Of a DNA stretch of 64,000 nt, positions 54,207 through 62,313 are shown piece by piece (within the stretch, counting starts at the first letter, position 1; each line of letters starts with the position of its first letter). Under the pieces are notes generated by a model. The model was given only the letters and a program-made list of their open reading frames with translations, was not told the origin of the DNA and ran no database searches. This stretch comes from an uncultured Bacteroidales bacterium. Its GTDB lineage: Bacteria; Bacteroidota; Bacteroidia; Bacteroidales; F082. A program made the translations under genes and the position numbers. The stretch spans positions 98,045 through 162,044 of the forward strand of contig CAJOCJ010000005.1 in assembly GCA_905236635.1 (NCBI GenBank), written 5' to 3'.

Positions 54207-55217
54207 CTACTTGTTGTTTATGTAGTTAAACACTTGAGTTGCCACTGAGCGTGCTTCGCCTATGGTGTCAGGCAGTGACTTCGGGGCGGTGCAGGCGCCC
54301 GCGACGAACACGCCGTCCTGTGCTGTGGTGTTCATCCCGAGATACATGTCCTGGTTCTGCATGAAACCATCAGTGTTGTTTGCAACACCAAGTTTCTGTT
54401 GTATAGCGTCGATGCTCTTGTTTTTCTCCATGGCACACATCAAAACCAGCACGTCTAGGGTCATCTTCAGAGGCTTGCCGAACAGGGTGTCTTCCGCCTT
54501 GATGACGAGCTTGCCGTCCATGTCTTCCGACACCTCGCACACACGGCCTCGCACACATTTCACGTCGAAGTCTTTCTGTGTCTTCAGATAAAGGTCTTCG
54601 TAACCTGGTCCGAACATTCGCAGATCCATGTAGAAGGTGTAGACCTCAGCATCCGGGAACACTTCCTTAATCTCGCATGCCTGCTTCAAGGCCGTGGTGC
54701 AGCACACCTTTGAGCAATAGGTGTTGCAAACCTTCACGTCGCGGGCGCCGACACAATGCACGAAACCGATCTTCTTAGGGTTGTTGATACGTGCGTCATG
54801 ACCTGTCCTGAAAAACTTCTCCAGTTCGACGCTGGTCATCACATTATTATATATGCCGTAGCCGTATTCCTGTTTTCTCTCTGCTTTAAAAATGTCAAAA
54901 CCTGTAGCAAGAATCACCGCCTTGGCATCGATCTTTTCGTTATTGCTTAAAGTGGCATGAAAACCATTGTCATCTCTCTGAATATCAGTGACTTCAGTAT
55001 TAAGATAGGTCTTCACGTCTTTCACCTGGTTGAGCATCTTCTCGACCACGTCCTTGGCAGGATGAAACGCTGGGAACAGCCTGTCCCACTGGGCGACATG
55101 ACCGCCGAGTTGTTCGCTTTTTTCAACAATTATAGGTGTCAGCCCCATCTTTTGCAATTGTGTGGCTGCTTCCATTCCGGCGGCTCCACCGCCAATAATC
55201 AATATATTTTCTTTCAT
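54207..55217 (-). CDS. short HdrA-like FAD/[4Fe-4S] oxidoreductase
   Basis: Rossmann motif ILIIGGGAAG. HCVGARDVKVCNTYCSKVCC (54699-54755) fits the HdrA CxGxRDx6-8CSxxCC signature. ATG 55217 preferred to TTG 55232. Confidence 0.82.
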   Translation of the reverse strand: MKENILIIGGGAAGMEAATQLQKMGLTPIIVEKSEQLGGHVAQWDRLFPAFHPAKDVVEKMLNQVKDVKTYLNTEVTDIQRDDNGFHATLSNNEKIDAKAVILATGFDIFKAERKQEYGYGIYNNVMTSVELEKFFRTGHDARINNPKKIGFVHCVGARDVKVCNTYCSKVCCTTALKQACEIKEVFPDAEVYTFYMDLRMFGPGYEDLYLKTQKDFDVKCVRGRVCEVSEDMDGKLVIKAEDTLFGKPLKMTLDVLVLMCAMEKNKSIDAIQQKLGVANNTDGFMQNQDMYLGMNTTAQDGVFVAGACTAPKSLPDTIGEARSVATQVFNYINNK

Positions 55218-55228
55218 AACGTTGATTT

Positions 55229-56299
55229 TCAAACTGATTTAATATGCATTGGACATTGCGGCATGCCTAAGTCTTTGCCATTCAAGCCTTGATATTTCTT
55301 TTTCGGGTCGTATGGGATTCCCATCTTCTCGAGCAGCGGCTCTATCGCTACCTGGTGCACCTGAAGTCCGAGGTCCCACGGGTCGTAACCCATCACCAAG
55401 CCAGCCACCTCTTCGTATGTTAGAGCCGGAATTCCGTAGCCATCCTTGCCGTAGGTCTTGCCGGTCTGCTCTGCTATGACATATTGCCATCTGTCAAGGA
55501 AATAAGGGCATCCTGGACAGTTGGTGATGATCAAATCTGGCTCGTAAGGCTCCATTGACTCGAATTTCTTATGGGTGTTCGACTCCGAATATCCACGGTT
55601 CGCCTGCACGAAATACTGACGGAAGCCGAATCCGCAGCACTGACGACGTTCTGGGTAGTCGACGACTTCGCCGCCCCATGCCTCGACCATTCCGACGAGC
55701 ACATGTGGGTATTCAGCGCCACCGAAGCCTTTTGAGGGGAACATCTTAGAATAGTGGCATCCGATATGCTCGACCACCTTCAAAGGCTTGCCAGTCTTGA
55801 CATTCACGAGCGGGAACTTCATCTGTTTTGCGATGTCGAACCTGAATTTGTAAATCATATCGCTTGCGTGAGCGAGATATTTCGGTTTGGCGAATTCTTT
55901 CTTGCACGAATCCCAGAGATACTGGCGGATCTTTGCCTCCAGTTCAGGAAATTCGTGCCATGTCTCAAGCGTCTCGGTGTAAAGTCCGAATGAAGTGATG
56001 CATGAGCAGACATAGTTTTCGTAGCCGCTCTCCTTCATCAACGCAAACTGGCGCGCTATGATGGTCATTGCTGTCTCCTGCGGGATGGAATCGCTGTGAT
56101 ATGCAATGCCGCCGCAGGTTGTGTGATATGCGTTCTCATAGAAGTCTTTTCCGAGCTTGTTTCTCACGATGTCGAGAAAAGTCACCTCCGAGGCAGGCCA
56201 AAAGCCTTGACGGATGCAGCTCCTCACGTAAAAATAATGGTCATCGGGAATGTCTTTCTGATAATCAGCCCAGATCTTCTGTTTTCCTTCAACTATCAT
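55229..56299 (-). CDS. HdrB-like CCG-domain protein
   Basis: 356 aa with Cys-rich CCG-type motifs (HTTCGG, RRQCCGFG, NCPGCP). Confidence 0.8.
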   Translation of the reverse strand: MIVEGKQKIWADYQKDIPDDHYFYVRSCIRQGFWPASEVTFLDIVRNKLGKDFYENAYHTTCGGIAYHSDSIPQETAMTIIARQFALMKESGYENYVCSCITSFGLYTETLETWHEFPELEAKIRQYLWDSCKKEFAKPKYLAHASDMIYKFRFDIAKQMKFPLVNVKTGKPLKVVEHIGCHYSKMFPSKGFGGAEYPHVLVGMVEAWGGEVVDYPERRQCCGFGFRQYFVQANRGYSESNTHKKFESMEPYEPDLIITNCPGCPYFLDRWQYVIAEQTGKTYGKDGYGIPALTYEEVAGLVMGYDPWDLGLQVHQVAIEPLLEKMGIPYDPKKKYQGLNGKDLGMPQCPMHIKSV

Positions 56300-56329
56300 A
56301 TTTTATATTTAATATTCAAAATTAAAATT

Positions 56330-57043
56330 CTACTCGTTCAGGTGTTTTTCCGCATTGTTTGTGGTATAAACACTCATAAAATATTCTTCGTCCGACATAT
56401 TCTGCCTGACAGCCTCTTCGTGAGCGTCGCCGAGTACCTGCTCCATCAGCTCGGTGGCACCTGTCACGTCGAAAATCTTCTTCAGCTGGTCGAGACTCTC
56501 CTTAGGAATCTTACGCAATCCGCCCGGGCCGTCGCCGTCGAGGTTGGACCCCAGACGTGCATGGATGTCGTCAAGATGCTCGTTGATCCATTTCCCGACA
56601 GGACCGAATTCCTTATGTGTCTCATATTCAAAAGTGCGAGGATAAACGCAATAACCGTAGTTTAAGATATTGCTGCACAAGTCTTTCACTACGATATACT
56701 GCTGTTTCCCTTTCTCAGAAAGCATGTACAGTCCGGTTCGCATTGCGAGTTTGCGAAGCGACATGATCACCAAGCCAGGCGCATTGGCACGCGGACAACG
56801 GGTCACACACGACATACATTCGCCGCAGTACCAAATTTGGTCGCCTTTCAGAAGCTCTTCTATCTCTTCCTCTTTCTTGCGAGCCACAATGTTTACTATG
56901 TTTTTCGGGTTGTATTTGTAGAATTCCGCAGCCGGACATACAGCAGTGCACACACCACAGTTCATGCAGGCCTTCATGCCCTCTTTTATCCTGTAATCCT
57001 TATACAATTCCTCAACAAGTTGTCCTTTAAATCTATATTCCAT
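56330..57043 (-). CDS. HdrC-like 2x[4Fe-4S] protein
   Basis: CMNCGVCTAVCP and CGECMSCVTRCP motifs. I chose ATG 57043 because the -7 box at 57087-57094 lies only 5 nt from the ORF-track start at 57082. Confidence 0.8.
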   Translation of the reverse strand: MEYRFKGQLVEELYKDYRIKEGMKACMNCGVCTAVCPAAEFYKYNPKNIVNIVARKKEEEIEELLKGDQIWYCGECMSCVTRCPRANAPGLVIMSLRKLAMRTGLYMLSEKGKQQYIVVKDLCSNILNYGYCVYPRTFEYETHKEFGPVGKWINEHLDDIHARLGSNLDGDGPGGLRKIPKESLDQLKKIFDVTGATELMEQVLGDAHEEAVRQNMSDEEYFMSVYTTNNAEKHLNE

Positions 57044-57086
57044 AAAAGTAAAAATGTATATAGTAAATCCTTTTACTAACAAAATG

Positions 57087-57094
57087 CAAAGATA
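57087..57094 (-). promoter_or_regulatory. -7 box (TAnnTTTG) for the Hdr-like operon
   Basis: The reverse complement is TATCTTTG, 43 nt upstream of ATG 57043. Confidence 0.6.
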
Positions 57095-57168
57095 GCAATT
57101 ATTTTTATTAAAAAATAAAATTAGTAAAATTTTTTACCAATTTTTTAATGATGTATCAAAGAAAAAAT

Positions 57169-57176
57169 TATTTTTG
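57169..57176 (+). promoter_or_regulatory. -7 box (TAnnTTTG)
   Basis: TATTTTTG lies 38 nt upstream of the glmS ATG. Confidence 0.6.
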
Positions 57177-57214
57177 CAAGTTGAACAAAATTTTTTTAAA
57201 AAAATTAATAAAAA

Positions 57215-59059
57215 ATGTGCGGAATAGTAGCATATATTGGCAATAGAGACGCTTATCCGATTTTGATAAATGGATTGAAACGTCTTGAGTATCGCGGTTA
57301 TGACAGTGCCGGAGTGGCTCTTATCAATGAGAAAAATGAGCTTAATGTTTATAAGACAAAAGGCAAAGTGTCTGATTTGGTGTCGTTTGCATCGGGAAAA
57401 GATGTTAGCGGACATATCGGAATAGCCCACACACGCTGGGCAACACATGGTGAGCCTAACGACATCAACGCGCATCCGCACATATCGCGTTCGGGTAATT
57501 TGGCAATGATTCACAATGGAATTATTGAGAATTATCTCACTTTGAAAAAAGAGCTTAAAAAACGTGGTTATAGCTTCAAATCATCAACCGACACTGAGGT
57601 TTTGGTGAATCTCATTGAAGACGTCCAGCTTACGCAGAAAGTCGACCTGTTTGAGGCGACACGTATCGCTTTGAATCATGTGAACGGCGCTTATGCCATC
57701 GCTCTCATCGAGAAAGGTCATCCGGATACCATCATCGCAGCCCGCAAAGGTTCTCCGATGGTCATCGGCATTGGCGAAGGCGAGTTCTTCATCGCCTCCG
57801 ACGCCACCCCTATCGTGGGAATGACATCACAGGTGGTTTACATTGAGAATGAAGAGGTTGTGAAGATAAAACTCGGTGAAGAGCTGCATCTGAAGACCAT
57901 CGACGACGTGGAGATGACGCCATACGTGCAGGAGCTCCAGCTGAACCTTGAGTCTATCGAAAAAGGCGGCTTCGAGCATTTCATGCTGAAGGAGATTTAC
58001 GAGCAACCTACCACAGTGCGCGACACCATGCGTGGACGTCTGCATGCCGACCTCGGCAATATCACCTTAGGTGGCATTTTCGACTATGAGAAAAAGCTTT
58101 TGAATGCACGCAATATCATTATAGTGGCATGCGGTACCTCTTGGCACGCCGCGCTGGTGGGCAGTTACCTCATCGAGGTGTACGCCGGCATCCGCGTGAA
58201 GGTGGAATACGCCTCGGAGTTCCGTTATCGTGAGCCCGTCATCTTCCCCGATGACGTGGTTATAGCAATCTCGCAGTCGGGCGAGACGGCGGATACCCTT
58301 GCCGCCATTGAGATAGCGAAGAAAAAAGGTGCCACGGTGCTGGGTATCTGCAACGTCATCGGCTCGTCGATATCACGTGCCACCGACGCAGGCATATACA
58401 CCCACGCAGGTCCGGAAATCGGTGTGGCCTCGACGAAAGCGTTCACGGCACAAGTTGCAGTCTTGACGATGCTCGCCATCCACCTCTCCGAACTCAACGG
58501 CCATCTGCCGAAGTCAAGGATCATGGAGCTCATTCACGAATTGGACATGATACCTGAAAAGATTCAGACCACACTGGAGAGAAGTGCTATAGTGAAAGAC
58601 ATCGCCAACGAGATGAAAGACTGCCATAACGCGATATATCTCGGCCGTTTGCAGAACTTCCCGGTGGCTCTCGAAGGCGCTCTCAAGCTGAAGGAGATCT
58701 CATATATCCACGCAGAAGGCTATCCGGCAGCAGAGATGAAACATGGTCCTATCGCATTGATAGACAAAGACATGCCTGTCATCTTCATCGCGACAAATAA
58801 ATCCACCTACGAGAAGGTCGTCTCCAACGTCCAGGAGGTTAAAGCACGTCACGGCAAGATCATCAGCGTGGTGACCGAAGGCGACGTCTTGGTGAAAGAG
58901 ATGTCGGACTACGTCATCGAAATCCCTGATACTGAATGCACTTACGCCCCGTTGCTGGCCACAATCCCGTTGCAGCTCCTCGCATACTACATCGCGGTGC
59001 TGCGCGGTTGTAACGTCGACCAGCCTCGTAACCTGGCAAAATCAGTCACCGTTGAATAA
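57215..59059 (+). CDS. glmS: glutamine--fructose-6-phosphate aminotransferase
   Basis: 614 aa. An MCGIV N-terminal nucleophile, two SIS domains and a C-terminal ...KSVTVE. Confidence 0.97.
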   Translation: MCGIVAYIGNRDAYPILINGLKRLEYRGYDSAGVALINEKNELNVYKTKGKVSDLVSFASGKDVSGHIGIAHTRWATHGEPNDINAHPHISRSGNLAMIHNGIIENYLTLKKELKKRGYSFKSSTDTEVLVNLIEDVQLTQKVDLFEATRIALNHVNGAYAIALIEKGHPDTIIAARKGSPMVIGIGEGEFFIASDATPIVGMTSQVVYIENEEVVKIKLGEELHLKTIDDVEMTPYVQELQLNLESIEKGGFEHFMLKEIYEQPTTVRDTMRGRLHADLGNITLGGIFDYEKKLLNARNIIIVACGTSWHAALVGSYLIEVYAGIRVKVEYASEFRYREPVIFPDDVVIAISQSGETADTLAAIEIAKKKGATVLGICNVIGSSISRATDAGIYTHAGPEIGVASTKAFTAQVAVLTMLAIHLSELNGHLPKSRIMELIHELDMIPEKIQTTLERSAIVKDIANEMKDCHNAIYLGRLQNFPVALEGALKLKEISYIHAEGYPAAEMKHGPIALIDKDMPVIFIATNKSTYEKVVSNVQEVKARHGKIISVVTEGDVLVKEMSDYVIEIPDTECTYAPLLATIPLQLLAYYIAVLRGCNVDQPRNLAKSVTVE

Positions 59060-59062
59060 TGA

Positions 59063-61621
59063 ATGAAGAGATGTCTCCTTATTATATTAATATTGCTCGC
59101 CTCCACGGTAGCGTTTTCGCAGCAGACCGTTGTGAAAGGCAAGGTTATTGATATAGAGACAGGAGAATCCCTACCCTTTGCAAATATCTCATATATCGTT
59201 GACGGCCAGACATTTGGCACTGTCAGCGATGTTGACGGAGTGTATCGTCTGGAGTCGGATAAGATCTTCGACGAGGTGACATTCGAATACGCCGGATATA
59301 AGCCTTATACCGTAGAAATCAAGCGTTTCACCACACAGACTGTCATCGCAAAGATGGAGTCGGTGTCAATAACGCTGCCTAAGGCCGAGATCAACGCCAA
59401 ACGCAAAATCAAAGAACGCTACCGCCGCAAAGGAAATCCCGCTGTCGAGTTAATACGTAAAGTTCAGAAACAAGCTGATCGCAACAGCATGACTGGCTTC
59501 GATTATTATAATTACGACGAATATAGCAAACTTGAGCTAGGACCTTCAAACCTCAACGACAGTCTCGCATCCAAATGGTATATCGGCAACCTGGATTTCG
59601 TGTGCGACAACATACGAACCTCAGAACTGACAGGCAGAAACTATTTTTCGCTGTATTTCGTTGAGACGTTATCAAAGACGCATTACCGCAAAGCACCACA
59701 TTTCTTGACAACGGAAGTCACTGATTCTAAAGATGTTGTGTTCAGCAAGTTCCTGGATTTCACCACCATGGAGACCGTCATCGACAACTGGATAGGCTTT
59801 GTGGATGTATATCAGCATGACCTCCACCTGTTCAACAACGAATACACCTCCCCGATGTCGCCTATAGCAGTCACCTTCTATCATTTTTATATTGTAGACA
59901 CTGTAAATTATGAGAATGAAAACTGCATAGTGCTGTCGTTTACGCCTGCCAACCAGATGGACATGGGACTCTGCGGAAGTCTCTGGATCACCAACGATAC
60001 CGCATGTATGGTTAAGAAGGTGCAGCTGCAGATTCCAAGACATTCCGGCACCAACTTCGTGGAGGCCATGATGTTTGAACAGGAATACGAAAAACGCGAT
60101 ACTGTGATGATTCCGACACGTTACAGCCTTACCGCCGACTTATTCTATCTTGGTGTCGCCTTGCATGGCAAGCGTTCAGGAGTGTTCACGAATATCGAGA
60201 TCAACAAGCCGATGCCGGAAGATTTCTATTCCAACAAACCCATAAAAACGCATAGTGACACTTATTACGATCATCGCGATGATGAGGATTACTGGAAAGG
60301 AAAACGTATTGACAGCCTCACTGAACATGAAAAACTGATAGCCGAAGACAACGACAGGCTCATGCACAACTGGAAATTCCGACTTGTCACCGGGACCGCC
60401 ATGGTGCTTGGATACAACTATATAGACTGCGGCCCCATCGACATCGGTCCAGTATTTAACATGCTGAGTTACAACGATATAGAAGGCTGGCGACTACGTT
60501 TCGGAGCAAAGACAAACACCAAGTTTCACAAACATATCTTCTTGGAGGGTTTTGTAGCCTACGGCACCCGTGATGAAAAGTTCAAATACCGCGGGCAGGT
60601 CATGTATTCGTTCAATAAGAAAATCAACAACCAGTGGGAGTTTCCGATGAACCTGCTGACGTTGTCGTACGAGCATAACACACATGTGCCCCGCATGGGC
60701 TCATTCGGATACAGCTTCAACGAGGACAGCGACCGCTTGGGCAGGTCGTTAAGCCGTCAGGAGAACCGCAGGATGGTATTATCCGATAAGCTTAAGCTGA
60801 TGTACGACTATGAGACGAAGAGCCAAATCGGTTTCAAGATTTTCAGTGAATATGAGGAACAGCGGCCACTTGGCGAGCTACTCTTCGAGACCAATGGCGG
60901 CGAGTTCTACGACCCGTTCGTCACCAATGCGGTTGGTTTCACAGTGAGATACGCAAAAAATGAGCGTGTGCAGCAGCTTCAGCAATACCGATATCCCCTC
61001 GCCGGCTCAGTAGCCCCGGTGATTACCATAGGTTACAGTTATGGCGGCAAATATCTCGGCTCCGACTACGAATACCATAAGATTCAGGCGATGCTCAGCA
61101 AACGCTGGTTCTTCAGCGTTCTAGGCGTAGCCGACATCAACATCAACGGAGGCGTTGTTCTTGGAGAGGTGCCCTACCCTTTGCTGTTCGTACACCGCGC
61201 AAACCAAGGCTTCTACTACGACGACATGGGCTTCAACCTGATGAATTACTACGAGTTTGTCAGTCAGTATTACGTTCAGGGGATGTTTGAATACAACTTC
61301 AACGGATTCATTTTCAACAGGATACCTCTTATCAACAAGCTAAAATTACGTGAAGTAGTGACGCTGAAAGCAGTATGGGGCGGCATCAGCGACGAGTGCG
61401 ACCCCACGAACGGCAACGAACGGCTGTTTAAATTCCCCACCGACGAAAACGGCAATGTGCAGACTTATACCTTGGACAAAGAGCCATATATAGAAGGAGG
61501 CTTCGGAATTGCCAATATCTTCAGGATTTTACGCATCGACTATGTACGCCGATTCAACTACCTCGACCATCCGGAGGCAGACAAATGGGGTATATTCTTC
61601 TCGTTTAAAGTGAAATTCTAA
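59063..61621 (+). CDS. DUF5686-like outer-membrane protein with an N-terminal carboxypeptidase-regulatory-like domain
   Basis: 852 aa. A signal peptide, then VKGKVIDIETGESLPFANI...TVSDVDGVY (CarboxypepD_reg-like). The C-terminal region is Tyr/Gly-rich and ends in F (beta-barrel-like). The family name is from memory. Confidence 0.75.
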   Translation: MKRCLLIILILLASTVAFSQQTVVKGKVIDIETGESLPFANISYIVDGQTFGTVSDVDGVYRLESDKIFDEVTFEYAGYKPYTVEIKRFTTQTVIAKMESVSITLPKAEINAKRKIKERYRRKGNPAVELIRKVQKQADRNSMTGFDYYNYDEYSKLELGPSNLNDSLASKWYIGNLDFVCDNIRTSELTGRNYFSLYFVETLSKTHYRKAPHFLTTEVTDSKDVVFSKFLDFTTMETVIDNWIGFVDVYQHDLHLFNNEYTSPMSPIAVTFYHFYIVDTVNYENENCIVLSFTPANQMDMGLCGSLWITNDTACMVKKVQLQIPRHSGTNFVEAMMFEQEYEKRDTVMIPTRYSLTADLFYLGVALHGKRSGVFTNIEINKPMPEDFYSNKPIKTHSDTYYDHRDDEDYWKGKRIDSLTEHEKLIAEDNDRLMHNWKFRLVTGTAMVLGYNYIDCGPIDIGPVFNMLSYNDIEGWRLRFGAKTNTKFHKHIFLEGFVAYGTRDEKFKYRGQVMYSFNKKINNQWEFPMNLLTLSYEHNTHVPRMGSFGYSFNEDSDRLGRSLSRQENRRMVLSDKLKLMYDYETKSQIGFKIFSEYEEQRPLGELLFETNGGEFYDPFVTNAVGFTVRYAKNERVQQLQQYRYPLAGSVAPVITIGYSYGGKYLGSDYEYHKIQAMLSKRWFFSVLGVADININGGVVLGEVPYPLLFVHRANQGFYYDDMGFNLMNYYEFVSQYYVQGMFEYNFNGFIFNRIPLINKLKLREVVTLKAVWGGISDECDPTNGNERLFKFPTDENGNVQTYTLDKEPYIEGGFGIANIFRILRIDYVRRFNYLDHPEADKWGIFFSFKVKF

Positions 61622-62247
61622 ATCAGGATATCATCCATCTTGACCTTCGGCACATAATGCACGCCGTCGACGCGGTAATATGCCCGGCCTTCGTCAACAG
61701 AAATCTGTGTCAGCTTTATCTTTTCAGCGCCCTTGCCCACCGCAAGTATCGCCAAAGGCTCGTATTTCAGACCAAAATGCTCGACGATATTTGCTTTGTT
61801 AAACGCGCATATCATCACGCAGTTCAGTCCCATCTCGGTGGCTTTCAATGACATGCTCTGCAGCGAGATTCCGAGGTCGATGTCGATGATTTTTGTCTCC
61901 GGCGCCGAGGTGCAGACAATGATAAACGTCTCTGGCTCAGTGCCTTTATATGGCAGATGTAGCTCCGGCAGCATGCCGCCGAGCTTGATATTCTCCAAAA
62001 CAAAGTCGGCTGCTTCTCCCCGCATCACCAACTTAAACCTTAGAGCTTGCTGGTTCTTCCCGGAGGCTATCTTAGTGTTCACCTTCACTATACGCTTCAG
62101 CATGTCTTCAGTCACCACGAAATCCTTCTTATAGCCGCGACAACTGCGGTTCTTCTCAAACAAAGTGTCCAGACTCACATGCTTTACGGTTCTCCTCGAG
62201 CCACTCGAGAACTCCTCCATGCGTTTTTCCAAATATCCGTCAGCCAT
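61618..62247 (-). CDS. nitroreductase-family protein
   Basis: About 209 aa from ATG 62247 (MADGYLEKRMEEF), 19 nt downstream of a TATATTTG box. It shows RSCRGY and KNQQALRF-type nitroreductase motifs. Its 3' end overlaps the convergent gene by 4 nt. Confidence 0.75.
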   Translation of the reverse strand: MADGYLEKRMEEFSSGSRRTVKHVSLDTLFEKNRSCRGYKKDFVVTEDMLKRIVKVNTKIASGKNQQALRFKLVMRGEAADFVLENIKLGGMLPELHLPYKGTEPETFIIVCTSAPETKIIDIDLGISLQSMSLKATEMGLNCVMICAFNKANIVEHFGLKYEPLAILAVGKGAEKIKLTQISVDEGRAYYRVDGVHYVPKVKMDDILI

Positions 62248-62266
62248 AGTTTTCAATTTTAAAGTG

Positions 62267-62274
62267 CAAATATA
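62267..62274 (-). promoter_or_regulatory. -7 box (TAnnTTTG)
   Basis: The reverse complement is TATATTTG, 19 nt upstream of ATG 62247. Confidence 0.55.
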
Positions 62275-62287
62275 ATAAGAATTTTTA

Positions 62288-62295
62288 TATTTTTG
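62288..62295 (+). promoter_or_regulatory. -7 box (TAnnTTTG)
   Basis: TATTTTTG lies 18 nt upstream of ATG 62314. Confidence 0.6.
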
Positions 62296-62313
62296 CACAT
62301 TATTTAAATAATA

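Noticed and set aside
57044-57214. A possible glmS ribozyme or other riboswitch upstream of glmS.
   Set aside because: The -7 box at 57169-57176 leaves a leader of only about 30 nt that is almost pure A/T. No conserved ribozyme core is present.
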